Shown here: one piece after another, positions 37,256 through 52,140 of the stretch
How the letters are laid out: the number at the start of each line of letters is the position of its first letter
Numbering within the stretch: position 1 is the stretch's first letter
From: Parasitella parasitica NRRL 2501
Taxonomy: Eukaryota > Fungi > Mucoromycota
Direction of reading: 5' to 3'
Assembly (NCBI GenBank): GCA_025201805.1
Contig: MU619251.1
Coordinates: 300,075 to 364,074 of the forward strand
DNA length: 64,000 nucleotides
Program-made: the position numbers and the translations under genes
The notes under the pieces: model-generated
What the model was told of the DNA's origin: nothing
The model's input: the letters and a program-made list of their open reading frames with translations, nothing else
The model's database searches: none

Positions 37256-38365
37256 ATGCTAATATCCTTTTTAAACCAAATATTTTGCTGTTTTTTGCAA
37301 CATGCGAGTACAGCAAACGATACCTCAGTTTTATTCAGCAGAGACGATGGCGCTTCCTTGGTATCGACTGACCGAGACATTGAAGAAATATTAGAAAATA
37401 CGATTGTAAAGCCAGATGTTTTGGAGGTTGCAATCCCTCAAACAAATAGCTGCCCCAGGGAGGCTATTCCAACAATCAATACCAATTTACTTAACGGCAT
37501 CCCACAATATTCTGACCAAGATGCGACACGCTGTAAAGGATGCGGTCAAGCTTTTAGTTTAAATTTGAATAGTTTAGTTCGTCAAAGCCAATCAGTTTCG
37601 CATCTTTGTTATAGTTGCATAAGGTATATATATATATACTTGATGCCGTCAGTAAAACCATGAATAATCCAAGTATATGCTGACTGACAACATTGGATTG
37701 TAAATTCTAGACTTCTTGATGTAATCAAACAGCAAGATATCATAGGACGCCTTAGTCGTTTCACAAAGAGCGATGCTATTAATGTTGAACATGAAGCCAA
37801 GTTTACGTATTATCTTCATCAACATAAAGTTCACAGCCATGCAGAGTTGGCAGCAGGATTATTATATCACCTACCTTTATCAACCAATTACTATCGTAAG
37901 CAAATGGGTGGAACTACGCGTCTTGCAAAATTTGTTTATTACAGATCATTACCTGAAGAAAATAATGTTTCCCATTTTATCGACTGCGTTGGCTGCCAAA
38001 ATTTTGTAGCCACAAGAAGAAGTACATTAATCAGCAATACTAAATATGCTTGGTCTAGGTATAGAGTGTATATACCCCCACACATTGCATCTCACAAGGA
38101 GCTATTTGCCTTAATGGTAAGCTCGAATTGTACTTGTAAACTTAGTGGCGTTCAAGGTGTTTGGATAACAACTCCTGGATATCCAGATTATTCCCTCTCT
38201 TTGTTATCATTAGATCACATAGTCCCATTGTCAAAGGGGGGAAGTTCACTTGTTAACAACCTCCAAGTTTCGCTGCAATTTTTCAATAACTTTAAAGGAA
38301 GCCATAGCCATGAAGAGTTTCAAACTTGGTTAAATGGATTTAAGCAGAAACAAGGCTGGTGTTGA
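37256..38365 (+). CDS. Spliced HNH-endonuclease-like protein (~340 aa); intron 37624-37710
   Basis: GT..AG intron with CTGAC branch site joins ORFs 37208 and 37847 in frame; CKGC...CYSC; SLDHIVPLSKGG...NNLQV...NNFKG HNH motif. Confidence 0.7.
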
Positions 38366-38903
38366 TACACTATAACACTTGTGATATATATGCTTTTATG
38401 TTGATTCAACAAAGCTAGCTCAGACTGTCATTTTGGTTGCAATGGTGGTGAATGAACTGTTTATTGTAACTTACCACGCGTTTTCTTTTAAATCCTGTAT
38501 ATTAATTACGCACTGAATTGAATGAAGTGGTTTAAAGCCAAAAATGAAGCAAAATAAAAATTGTCTTTAAAGCCTTACTTTTTAACATCTTTGTTATCAG
38601 TGCAAATAAATGCATTGTGGATTTACCTATTGGATTCATGTGTTGCTGCTCCAAAACTGAAAACAGGCGCATACTGATAAATGGTATAAATTAGGGTATT
38701 ATCTCAAAAAAGATGACTTGAGATTCAAAAAAAAGGCATCAATGCCACTCCTGGGAATGAAGAGAGAGTTACGATAAATCAATATGAATGTTTGAAAAGT
38801 TTAGAAATGAAGACATTTCGTGATTTGCTTTTATTCATGTATATGTTAAACACCTGCGAAATGAACTATCGTTGTGACCAAACATTAAGCCAAAAGATCG
38901 TTT

Positions 38904-41900
38904 TCAATCTAGAATATGTGTCCAAAAATCAGGTATCATACAGAAATAGAGATCGATTGCAGATCTAAAACGTTTTCTATACATTCTTGGAGAAACAATG
39001 GTGGGATCCTTTTTACCGCCACCCAGCATGCCAGATTCTTTTACCCAACTTTCGAGTTTTTTATCCCATGTAAATGTACGAATAAAGTCTATAATTTGTT
39101 TAAATTAATATAATATAGTTGCATAATGAGAAGGTACTTGCCAACAATGCCCACAATAATTTCATTTGTGTCTTCATCAAATCCAACTAAAAGAGAGTAA
39201 TCCATCACATCAAGAGATAATAAAAACTGTGTATCGTTGTATAGAGAATCTGACAGATTACATTTCGTGTCTACTCGCATGTACATTGGTGTTTTGCTAA
39301 TAACTACGTATATACGAAACACAGTGAGCATACATACGGCGTTTATATCTTTCTTATTTCACGATCAAATTCGTACCTTCAACAAAATTCTCGTCTAAAA
39401 ATACTTCGACGTCTTTTCCCGTCTTTTCAGCATACCTATTTCTCATGGAGCCCTTTAAATCGAACACCTTTTTGACCGATGTATCATAAAACAGGTTCTC
39501 CATGACCAGGATATCCATTTTCATTGACTTGCCGCTGACATTATTATAGAATCCAATACGGTATAGACCAAAAATCTTGCACAAAACAGTAGGAATCTAT
39601 CGAGATGTCACGTCAGTTAAACGCTTTATATGTTTAAATCACAGAAATCCCTTACACCTTTATCAAATACTTCGTTGAACATGTATAAAAAGTATTTGTT
39701 GGCAGAACCCAGGAAAGCATCCATTTCATATTTTGATATCTGTTTGATTAAGAAACGCTCATCTACCAAGTAGTTAATTCTTATTTTGTTTTTTAAAAAA
39801 AAAAAAGAAGAAGAGGAAAGAGAGATGGTGTACCTTTGGTTTTCAAGAATATAGAACCTGATTTTCCGCCCGCTGTATCCCATGGAGTGCACCTTGCAAG
39901 CGATGAAATAAAAATATCATCACAGCCACAACTCTTTCGAAGCATGTGAAATTGTTCTGCAAAATAAATCTTGCAAGAAAAACTTGTCGATCCGCCCTGG
40001 AAACCTATTCATCGACGATAAGATTGAAGAGCACTGACTACCGCACAATATAAGCTTACTAAATCTCCATGGTTTTTCTCTTTCATCTGTCTCTGGAAAC
40101 ATCTCAGAAAAGAACGGTTTGCTCTCTGCTGTTGCATCTGTTGATTTTTCCTTGTTGGCTGCGTTAAATATCTCGGCTTTAGCCATTCTTAGTTCTTGTT
40201 TTCTTTGCAGTTTCTCGTTGTAAAAGGTGCTGCCAAGCATGTATGAGATAATGCTGCTAGGTTCATCTTCTCTAACTAGGATATTGGAGTCTGCAAAGAT
40301 ATGTTCATTGGGGGAACTAGGATATTTTTAGAATACACATACACAACACAATTTTGAGACGCTTACAATGGATAATCTAATGGCGCTAAGTTGCTGATGC
40401 TCTTTTCAGCAAGTACGTAGGTAATAGCTTTCATAATGGAGTTTTTTCCACTTGTATTTGTTGACCAGTCTAGATTCGAGGAGCCTATACAAACATTAAT
40501 ACTTTGCCGCATACCAATACGCGTCGAGGTACCTATTCCCACATTGGATGACTTCAACAACGCAGCTGCTTCCATCATAGCGGATGCTCCCGTTTTCAAC
40601 TCTAAACATTCGTTTTTCTTGTCCATGAACATTCCACTTTCAAGACTTAAAAACGGCAAGGTGTTTGTAGACATTTGCAATTGATGCTCTCTATGAAACT
40701 GTTCCAACTCCAATATACTCGGTACGATTTCACGGCCCAATGATTCATCATATTCGTCAGTATCAGTCAAAGAGAACGTATTGTGCTGGAAAGGCACCAA
40801 GTTATTATTACTATCATCGTCTGCTTCTTCATCAGCGGAAATGGCTACCGCCGCACCATCTTGGCAATTGCCTTCATCAATCAGTAAAACAGTGCTATCT
40901 TCATCGTCGTCTATGTCATCATCGTCTGAGCTGGAAGAGACAGAAGAAGATGACGAGGCCGAAGATCTATCAATGTCATTGTCTTCATCGTCGTCATCTA
41001 TCATCTCCTTGATTTTGGTATATGGCTCAAGCGACGCTTTGCTAGGCAATCTTTGACGTATTGTTCTTGCAGTCAGCTTGTTTTCTGAGAGTTTGCGATG
41101 ATGTTGTTGATATTGAGTGTTCTGATGATGGGGGGATGCAATGGGGATGGGAAGATGTGATATGCTAGAGCCAGTATAGCCAAATCTGTGATTATTATGC
41201 CTGCTGTTTGACGATGAAGCAGCAACATTCCCCAAGTTTGCTGGGTGTTGGAATAAATAAGTTGCCGTAGGAATTGGGATACGACCACCTACTCGAAGTC
41301 GACTGGGAGATGGCTGCGACAATAAATTGCTGGACGACCCGCCAACAATAGCCATTGTTCTTGATCTCGGTCTAGGGATAGAAATATCTTGAGTCTCGTC
41401 AGTCTTATGTGAAGACAAAGAGGCTTTTGTATTAGCAGCTTTAGCAACAGCAGCAGCTTGAGCAACATGTTGAGCCGCTTGTGCAGCTGCCATTGCACTA
41501 CTCACTGGATGCGTAATATTAGTAGATCCTAATCTTCGTTCTGCCATTGGCATCCTGTTGTTCAGCCCCGACATAAACCCGTATCTGTAAGCAATAGAAG
41601 ATCTCTCTGGCATCTTGGTGGTGTAAGGGGATCCACGGTAAAAGGCAGGTTTTTGCGGTGTGGGCCCAATTGAAGTTTGAGGAGGAAATGGAAATGCATC
41701 CTGGGTAGCATTCTCCATTAAATGATTCGAAGAAGACTCATAAAATTGAGACTTGCGATTCTTGCTCTTATTGTTGTTGCTCTCCAACAGTTTCTGGATG
41801 GGCGACGTTTTCTGTTGCTGACTTGGCAGATTATTCCCGAGTGATGGGGAGCTCTTTGATTTGCCAACCATTGGGTCTGGCAACAGACCAGCTAATCGTT

Positions 41901-44900
41901 TATAAGCTGTTGAGGATAAAATGGGCAATGCTGCAGCTTGTCTGATAAGTCTGGACTGGTTTGAATCCTGAATTAAGGGTTTTGCTACGACAGCGGACGA
42001 ATCTGGCATTGGTGTCGAAGGCGGCGTTACGGCGGAAGGGGGTGTATCTGCAGTCTGGCTAGTTTCCTTTATCCTGGAATCTTGTAAATAGTTCTTTTGC
42101 ATCTTTTGATGTTCATATTCTTTCTGTTGTTGATGCTGATGCTGTTGCTGTAGTTTCTCTTGCTGTTCTTTCTGTTTCTTGTCTTCGGCCACTTTTTTCT
42201 TTTTGGGTGCATCTTTCATCAATTCAAGAGATAGACGACGAGCTACACTTGGATCTAAATCTCGAGAATCATCACCCTCATCTAAACCTGAATTTAATTG
42301 AGGAGATGCAGACGTTTTACCATTAGCATCAGAGTGGCTCTCTGTACTGTACTTTTTCCTTATTGATTGTTGCTGTTGTTGTTGTGCTGCATTGGTATTA
42401 CTGATATGAGCATTGTCGCTTTTACCAAGAATACCTTCCTTAGTTTGATCCGGTTCCATAAACATCTGATCAAATCGTGTGAGCTCGTCAAACCATGGAT
42501 AGGATTCTGTTGGCGATTCACCTAAACCTGGCTGCTCCCTGAAGCTGAAATTAGCTTCGTCGTCAACAGCGGAAGGCTGCGGGATGACGATGTCTGAAAC
42601 GCCATAGGGTGCCATAATAGATTCTTGGTCTAAGCCAACGTCCAAGAGAGGCAAATCAGCAGCTTCGATAGCTCGCTTTGTACGCAGATTTAGGTTGGTT
42701 ACGATCGGAGTATTGCTGCTACTGTTATAAAGACTCTCAGCGGGAAACATCTTGCGCAAGTGGTTTGTTGTCAAACGTCTCAATTCTCTTTCTGGTCTAA
42801 CAAATCTTCTAGCAAAATCAATGTATTTCAAGTCCCAAGTGACAGCATGATTTTGTAAATCTGCAAGAACATTATTCAATTGCAATGTATCCGTCGGTGC
42901 GCTTGTTGCGTACTCCATTTGCAGCTTTTGCAGCAGATTCTTCTTGTTCTTGAGTGCTTCCTGTGAGAGTTCCTGCAGGTATTCTTTACAAAGGTCGACC
43001 ATATTAGGCTGCACAATGTCATAAGAAAAGGCTTTGTTTCTTTCGATAATTGAATCAAAGAACTTTGCAATCTTGGAGCGTGTAGAATCCAAAGAAGCAT
43101 CTTTCAAGGTCATTTGCTGTTTTGAGCTGAAGCGCAGATGCAATGGTGGAGGATTTACTTCCACCACTTGTACCATGGCATGCGTGAAATTAACAGACAA
43201 ATTCTGGTAGCGAAAGGATATTGTATGATCACGATAAAAACCATGAGGGCACCCCAAACCGCCGTTTATATTGGCATCTTGCCCAAAATATCCATGGCCG
43301 CCATTGTTTGCATCATCGTACAGAGGGATGGATTCAGACTGGTAGAACAGAAGTTCTAGGAACTTGCCGAAAGAATAGCGCTGCAGTAGATCAGACATGG
43401 GCTTCCAATTATGCGTAACATTACAGAAATTGCAGTGAGTGCATATCAAAATAGGGATTCTGCGCAGGTATTCGTCACGGCTAATATCAATCTTCTCCTC
43501 GACCAAATCATCCTCGCCGTTATCATCTTCCAAAAACACTTGCACCTTGATTTGTGCATTTCCGTGCGAGTATGTTTTGTCATGGAAAATCATAGGTCCA
43601 CCACACATCTTGGAGCTACACTTTGTGTAGGCATCTTTGATCGAGTTGAGGATGTATTGTCCCAGAGTGCAATCTCCCATAGGATTGTAGTAGTCGTAGG
43701 GATCCAACATTGCTTTCTCACAAGGAAAACTATGGTTATCCATAGGATTTGTTGTTCGGCGAACTATAATTTGTTGATGATGTACAGGCGTCAAATACCT
43801 GTGAATGTCTCCAATGTATCTTTTGAATAGAAGCCAACATTGCAAATGAAGGTCCTGATAGTGGCGATACTCTAAATCATGATCTAAATAAGCATCAAAC
43901 GCTTTAAAATAATCGTACATCATCATGAGATCAGTAGGGATAGGCGGAATGATTGGCTTGTTCAATGCTTGCTTCTCAGCATCGCCAGGAGACGAAGGTG
44001 ATGCTGACAATGTATTATTTGCAGAGTTGTCTGTTGATAGAGTGCCTGTGATATTAACCCCTAACCGCTCACGAATCAACCCAATCAACTTTTTCTGTGA
44101 TTCTCTCAGTTTGAGAAGAATATGAGGCACTGGTAAGGTCACTCCTGGAGAGATGGATAGTGTTGTGTTTTGATATTTCTTCAACACTGCATTAATTGCA
44201 GTAAGACATATATCATCATCTTCTACAATAATGGTTGTTTGTTGGTATTGCTGCTGAGATTTCTTTTTGGCCGCAACTACGTCCACTGTATTGACAGTGA
44301 TTTGGGATTCTGCCACGGATAACGCAGATACGCTTTGCGTGTCCATTTGAAAGTGTTCTGATGAAGAACCTGCTTCTAGATGGTATGATGAGACAGCCGT
44401 AGATCTAACTCCATTATTTGCTCTGATTGGGTGCTGATGCAATGTTGAAGAGTCATCGTCGTCGCCAGCACGGCTAATTTCTCCATCCTCATCCATACCG
44501 ACAGCATTGTTGTAAAATGAGAGATCATCTCCATAAATGGGCTGGTTGTATCGGCGCAATTCAATGAAATCCTTTCTTAACTGAGCTTCTAGATTAATGT
44601 TGTTTACCACCTTGACCATGAAATTCATAATGTGTTTCACTGTCGATAATGTCTTAAGAGTGTCACCACGCAATACAATAGTAGCTCCTCGCTCTTTTGG
44701 ACAATCGTTAAACATGAGAAATGTCTTTCTACGGTTTGGCAGGTACTCGTGCATGATTGTCAATGGTTCAAATTTGCCGCATTTGCCAGGCATCATTGTT
44801 TTGGCATTCCACAGCTCATTCTTGTAGTTGAACACTGTAGCATCTGTACAGCGAGCAATTGCGTCCAGTTTTTGCTTCTTGACGTTGTAGGCTACTATGA

Positions 44901-47716
44901 TTTTGGCTTTATTCAGTCGCTCTATGATAATCCGAGGTGCATGAGCTGCAATCAACACGATATGAGGCTTCAGCCCAATAATCTCTGATACCAAAGAATT
45001 CATATGTTCCTTCTCCCATGCCAGCAAGCGGTCAAATTTCAGGTATTCCTGGCGAGGTGGGTTGCTGACGCCATCTGAACCATATGTAGAAGCCGACGAT
45101 GACATTGTTGCCGCTGTTGTTGCTGCAAAGGGGGCTCCTCCATAACCATCCAAATCAAAGTTCAATATCAATATCGAAGGATTCCGAATTTTGCGCATCA
45201 TGTTTTTGTGTGCGACGCTCTTTGACAGAACGACGCCGCTGACAGCGAAACTGTCTTTTGGTAAACCGCCTGGTACCTTTTTGATCTTGACATAGTGATT
45301 CATGTTGAATGTATCACGGATGCGGATGTGCGGCTGCACTTGATCCGCAATCACCAGCAGAAGGTTCATCATTACCTCCTCCCAGTCACTCAAAGGCAAA
45401 CTAACTTCATGAAGCAAGTGGGTAATGATATTGCGCATGAGCTGAATAAATGACGGATCCCACTGATGATGAGTCGCTACTGTCACAGGATGACATGTCG
45501 ATGCAGAAACGGACAGGATTTGTGCTCGCAGCTGATCTAAGTCAGGTGTGCTTTTGATGTTGGTTGCTGTATTGGCTGTGGGTGTCGATGTGGATGGTGT
45601 CAACGCTTGGTGAAATGAATTTCTGTTGCTCACACTTCCGGGGCTCTCATAGCCCGTACTGCTGTTGTCGCTGTGGTCCAGCATCGTGATGGGTGTATTC
45701 CTCATTAAACTTTTTGTTCGCACACGAATACGTCGAGTGGAAGACCCTGAGCTGCCACTGTTCAGATTACCGCTGCCTGTTGCACTGCTACCGTTGCTGC
45801 CACTACTACCACCACCACCACCAGTGCTATTCGTCTCGCTTAGACTGAGACGTCGACGGATAATGCCTTTCGAGCGATGGTCATTTGATGACCGCATGAA
45901 CCAAGAGGATGTCTTGTTGATGGTGCTCGTACTGGTGCTCATCATCGGTTTGGGAACAGGAGAATCTATCTGATAATCCTCGAATGAAAAGTTGTTGAAT
46001 ATCCCTGAGCTTGGCCTCTCGCTTGTGCCCCAAAAGCTTAACAAATTGCGTGGATTCTTTCTTACATCATCATCATCTCCTCCACCACTGCCAATACCGC
46101 TACCGCTGCCATTACCGCCTTCATAATATTCTATTTGCTGCTGCTGTTGCTGCTGTTGGAACAACATATGCTGCTGCAATTGCTGCTGCTGTATGAATGT
46201 GAGATGACTATTGTTTGCTGTAAAAGATTCATGATGGATGGGCGTGACAATAAACGAATTTCGCCTGAACGGCATGGGTGAATTCATTTGCTGCTGTGAT
46301 TGCTGCTGCTGCTGCTTCACGCCATCCAATGCAGCTGCGCTTGTGTCAATGCCCAATGAATTCATAGTACTCGTCCTCGATCTTGGTGTTGTCCTCAAAA
46401 ACGTATTTGTCAGCAGCTTTTTGAAACCAATATCAGAGTCGCTAGCAGTATGATGAGATGATGTAGACTGTGAAAAGTGTATATCCAACGGCCTTTGCAT
46501 GTCAAAACTGTTTGTTGATCTGTCAAACTCTAATTCTTCGACGCTGCTGTCGTCGTCGCCACTCGTTGGAATCAGGAACGATGACTTTTGCAGTTGCTGC
46601 TGTTGCGGTTGTAGAGAAGACGATAAAGGGCCATCAGCCACAACGGACGAGTAGGAATATCCGTCATGAAGTGAGATAGTATCGTCTGCTCGATATCCTT
46701 CCATAAACTTGCTGTAGCAATCGTTACAGACCCGAAGCGAATGGCTGGTGTGGATATTGTTACTGAGGCACTTGGAGCAGAAAATCCTGCCTGCACATAG
46801 TTAGCTACCGGCCAACAGAACACTACTACAATTTCAGCTACTTACCACATGTTCGGCAATGATGTTTCCTTCGAAAAAGATTAAATGGAGCGCTGCAATT
46901 GTTACACTCTTTGCATTGTTCATCCGGCATCCAGAAATCCTTGTTGCTGTCTATAGGCTCGCCGCCTCTCAATCGATTTAGTATTCTACTAAGAGAGTTG
47001 GTGTTGGAAACAGAGAACGTCGTCATTACAGATTGAGTATCGCTGTCAATGGAAGATGTCTTTTTTAAGGGTATAAGTAAATGGGATGGTATTTGCTGCT
47101 GTTGGTTTTGCTCTTCATCGATAATAATGTGTCTATGTTTAGGCAACGGAGCAGCAGGGGATAATGTCTCTGTGATGGTTGGTATGTTGGATAAATTAGA
47201 GTTGTCTGCTTTCGTTATCGTGCTGACGGTCGACAAGGATTTCTTTGAGCCATCTTTGTCTTCATTGGGCGTTGATACAACTGACGAAGACAATGCTACT
47301 GTCGCCTTGTTAGGATTTTGGGTATGTATAGGCACCGGCAGTGTAGTGCTGGTGTTTGTTTCTGTAGCCAGTATAGCAACAGTGGTTGTGGCAGCAGAAA
47401 CAGGTGTATCTGTGGTTGTCATGGCAGTGGAAGATGAACTGACGATGACATTGGATGGCATCTTTTCCAAAGCAACAATCTGCTGTTCAGGAGCGACATG
47501 GTCTGTTACCAAGTCGCTTTCATTTGACAACACAATCGATATTGTACGTGTAGAAGATGATGGTGATGCTGTCTGTTGAGGGTTTGTTGGACCCGATACT
47601 GCCGTTTTAAACTTTGAGAATATCTTTGATATTAATCCTTCTTCGTCGCCCTCTGGTATGAAGTTAAACGATGTCAAAGAAGACGGATCATCTTCTAATC
47701 TGCTGAATTTCTCCAT
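38904..47716 (-). CDS. FAB1: 1-phosphatidylinositol-3-phosphate 5-kinase Fab1/PIKfyve, multi-exon
   Basis: FYVE ([11 protein letters not shown]...[10 protein letters not shown]); CCT-like ([16 protein letters not shown]); [10 protein letters not shown]; PIPK ([35 protein letters not shown]). Confidence 0.96.
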
Positions 47717-48104
47717 GTATTTATTCACTTGCTCAAAATACAAAAAAGAAGGTATAAATTTATGCTCGAAAAATTTCAAAAAGGGGTGATTTTGGAGAGA
47801 GAAGGAGTGTAGCTAAAAGGTTGCCTTTTTTCATCACATATTGACTTTAAAAGTAAGACAGGCACCAGATGCTACAGTGATTGTATGCAAGATACCAGGG
47901 CGCTTTCGTCACATATTACACGAGGCTGCTTGACTTGCTACATGTGAGTTGCCATTGCTTGAGTAATCGAATAAAGTTTCGAAAAACTGCTCCGCGTTAA
48001 CAAGGTACGGTACTTATTTGGCGTATAAAATCAAAGCTCCCTCGCACAAAGTTTTTATACTTTTCTTTCCATTTTCCATTATATTTCTTCATTAGCAATC
48101 GACC

Positions 48105-48566
48105 ATGGCAACGTAAAGTATACATGATAAGCTTTGTGGTAATGTGAATGTTGACATGACACGCTCTACTAGCGAACCTCCCAAGACCACCCCTTTTACT
48201 GTTTCTCAACTCGCCGAATTTAACGGTTCCGATCCTTTACTCCCAATATACGTAGCTATTAAAGGTGATATCTTTGACGTATCTAGTAAACGTGACACAT
48301 ATGGTATTGTTGGTAAGGGATATAATGTATTTACTGGAAAGGATTCATCAAAGGTATGCGTAAATGAACAGGAGATGAAATAGAACATAAGAGACTGATT
48401 GTATGTTGAAAACATCAAGGCACTCGGCAAATCTTCTCTAAACAAAGACGATTGTGTTGCTGATTACAGCGATCTCACCGAAAAGGAGTTGGAGGTCTTG
48501 GATCAATGGTATACTTTTTTTAAAACAAGATACAATATTGTTGGCAAGGTGGTACCTGACAACTAA
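48105..48566 (+). CDS. Cytochrome b5-like heme/steroid-binding protein (Dap1/MAPR family), short soluble form, 3 exons
   Basis: FTVSQLAEFNGSDPLLPIYVAIKGDIFDVS...GYNVFTGKDSSK|ALGKSSL...LDQWYTFFKTRYNIVGKV. Confidence 0.85.
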
Positions 48567-49628
48567 TACCACTCAAGTATTACGCATGCAATAAAATACT
48601 GGGTATATGCAGGCAGAATACTACATGTAAAGTTAGCGCATATTCAATGGAACAATACACTATGAGGCTATTGTCCCAAAAGATCCTTTGCTCTTGTGAT
48701 AGAAGCTTGTTGGAGATTACCATAGAGTTGATATATCATGACTAAGCAATATACTGCTCTTGTCTTGGAATTATTACACTTTGAAAAGGTGTAGTAATCT
48801 TTGGATTGTTATGCTGGTTATAAAAAAAGATTTGGGTAGCAGTTGGGCAAAGTAGGATGAGAAGAAATACGTACTGGCATGCATTCATTCTTTGCATCAG
48901 CCATAAGCCTAACAAGGTTACAGGAATATTTCAGTATACTTCATCATCATTCATAATTTTTTGCGATATTTGCTCAGTTAGATATGATATAAATTGGATA
49001 TTGGCTGATAACCCTTGCCGATATCTCGTTCCTGGTTGTTATGGGTATTTCATGTTTGGTTGCTATAGTGGACTTTGATTTTACGCATGCAGCCCTATAC
49101 AATCATAACACATTGATGTTTTGATTGGCTAATCAGTCGCTTGATCGATTGTTCATGATCCATTGACCCCTTCTAAATCTCCAGAGCAATAAGATAAAAC
49201 AAAAGAAAAAATGATTAAGAAAGACAGGTAAATGATATATGCTAATTAAGATTAATTTGTTGATCTTGATTTATTCATGTTGTTCGGATATCTTGGTTTA
49301 GTTCAGAAGTTTATTATGAAATAGAACTACAATGTGACTTGATACACACCCCAAACATCAGCTCGCACCGGTATCGCATCGCTTTAGTCTGCAGAAACTA
49401 GATGAAGCGCATTTTTTTTACCCACAAACTTTCCTTCTTTCCCTTTTCTTTCCCTTTTTTTTTACCCTTGTTCACAATCTTTTAAAAGCGGTTTATATAA
49501 ATATATTGATATATTTATACAAATCTATTCTAGGAAGGATTCAAAATTAGCAAGTAATACTTTTAATCTTATAAATATCTATGCTATATTTAACGACAAA
49601 ATTAAAATAGAATCTAAAGAAAGTTAAT

Positions 49629-51297
49629 ATGGGACGCAAGAAAATCAAGATTCAACCAATTCAAGATGAGAGAAACAAACAAGTAAACTTGCTTAATATT
49701 CACCTTTTCTTTCAAAACTAAATGCCTAACTTAGGTCACGTTCTTGAAACGAAAACATGGTCTGATGAAAAAGGCTTACGAACTTAGTGTTCTATGCAAT
49801 TGCGAAATTGCATTGTTAATATTCAATACTAGCGGTAAACTGGTACAGTATGCTAGCACTGATATTGATCAAATCTTGATGAAATATACAGAGGTATGAT
49901 GAATAACCAATATGAAAAGAAGAAAATATTTGGAAATTTAACAATCCATAGTACAATGACCATCACGAAAGCAAATCAAACCAAGATGTAAAGTATTTAT
50001 CCATTAAACCAATATCACCATATTTAATCATTTAATTAGTTTATCAACAATGAAGATGGTGAAAACTGGGAAGAAGGAGATGAAACGTTGGAACAGGAGT
50101 CGGAAACACACAATGAAAAGAGATTCTCTGTGGACACCATAGATGCTCATGCACCACCTGCTCCGAATAATAGTGCCCCTCCCTCTCGACAACCTCCTCA
50201 TCCTCCAGTTGTCATGACTCAGCAATCGCTCGGCCGTCAACAGCAGCAACCATTACCAACACATCCGCCTCCTCCTCCCAACGTGGCTATGTATTACCAC
50301 CAACCAAACACTCCAGCAAATCAAAACCCTCATTTTCAAATCAGTTATGGGCATCCACCTCCACCTCCACCTCCACAGATGCAAGGATACTATGATGTAT
50401 ATGGTGGGTTACATCAACCTCATCCAATGTATATGGCACAGGTTAGTTCAAAGCTTTAATGAAATTTTTTGCCATTACTCATTCAGTGATTATAGGGCCA
50501 GTTAGCTCAACAAGGGTACGGTGTACCCGTAATACCATCACAACCACAGCATATGGTCAATTATCCACCAGTAACAAGTGGTCAAGTAGGAACGCCTACA
50601 CCTACTAATAACACAAATATCTACTACCAACAACCACAGCAAGAACAACCACAGCAACCGCAACAACAACAGCAACCGCAACAACAACAGCAGCAGACAT
50701 CGCCACAGCAAGCACAAACAGGCAACAAAAAACCCAAGAATCTACGAGTTGAAATACCAAATGATAATGAGAGTGGAGAAGCTCAACCACAGCAACCCCA
50801 ACAATCACAGCAACCGCAACAGCCGCAACAGCCGCAGCCGCAGCATCCACATCATCCACAGCATCCACAGCACCCACAGCATCCTCAGCACCCGCAACCG
50901 TACCCTTCTTACCCAGCATTGGCTCCACCGTCGGCTTTACCATCGCAGTTTGCGCACAATTTACCTTCGCCATCCACATTTTATCCAGAATTTTATCAAC
51001 AAAGTGAGTTACCTAGTCCATTAAACTTTTCAGCTACACCAGTTTCGGGCACATCATTTTACTGGCCTTCGAGAAATCCGTCATTAAGCGCTCCCGGAGT
51101 ACCAGGAACCGACTACAAGCCATCACCACTGGCTAGAATGTAAGTTGGCGTGCATTAGCTATAAACCGTGCAGGGTTTTGATTTTCTTGTATATTTTTTA
51201 TAGAAACGAAGATACTACGCCGCCTACAGTAAAAAGAAGTCGTGATACACAACCTGGTGATGATGGAGGAGGGTCTAAAAAGAAAAAATCCGATTAA
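49629..51297 (+). CDS. MEF2-type MADS-box transcription factor (Rlm1/Smp1-like), multi-exon
   Basis: [18 protein letters not shown]|[30 protein letters not shown]...[15 protein letters not shown]; Q/P-rich; [12 protein letters not shown]. Confidence 0.92.
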
Positions 51298-52140
51298 TGT
51301 AGTATTGCATAACGTATATTTATTCACTTGCAATAATAAAAACCTCTAAAAAATACGATAATATTAATAAAAGCTATTGTACATGATGCTCTAAACCATT
51401 GATGTTTGATCAGGAAGGCAAAAATTGCGTGTTATCATAAGGGCGTTGTTAATGCAGAAGTCTACTTGAGATGCTTTCATCGCTGCACGTCATTTATGTA
51501 CGGAACATCATGTACAATTTAGAAACATCTAACACGAGAAAATTTTCAAGAACAGAGGGATATTATTCGATTTTCATCGAGGTGCAGTTGATCCTGTACG
51601 TGTGCACACGGATACTATCCTAATTGATAGACTATACTGATTTTTCAACTAATTATAGCTTAAATCCATAACTTGGAGTGATGTAAAGAGACAATCAAAA
51701 GAAAAAATAAAGTAGACAGAGTAGTTCAATTATCATCATCATTTAGAGTTCCAGTTCACGGTCAACATGACAGAATCAAAAACCAGTAATCGTACCATTA
51801 ATCTAAAACTTTGATCTGGTTGATTAAATACACGTATTTGCGTTTACCCAGATTTCGGCTTGAAGAATAGCCCTTTTCTATCAAAATACAGATACGAAGG
51901 ACTATACAATGCAACTATACTTCTCTTTTTTTTGTTATCTACTATATGAGAAGTGATTACACTTTAAACAGATTTTCTCATTCAAGTAGCAATATATTTG
52001 GATCCCCTTGAACATATTTTTTCTTGTCTCACTGGAAGCCAATATTTAGCACGCCACAGCGAAAAAAGTCGAAAGATTTTGTATATAAAGAAACAAGTTT
52101 TTTTTTTGTTGTGAAAAAAAGGAAATCCATACACTACAAA

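Noticed and set aside
40436-47579. Many + strand ORFs opposite FAB1 (likewise opposite GH20, HEM13, MAK5)
   Set aside because: Antisense shadows of real genes and low-complexity codon repeats.
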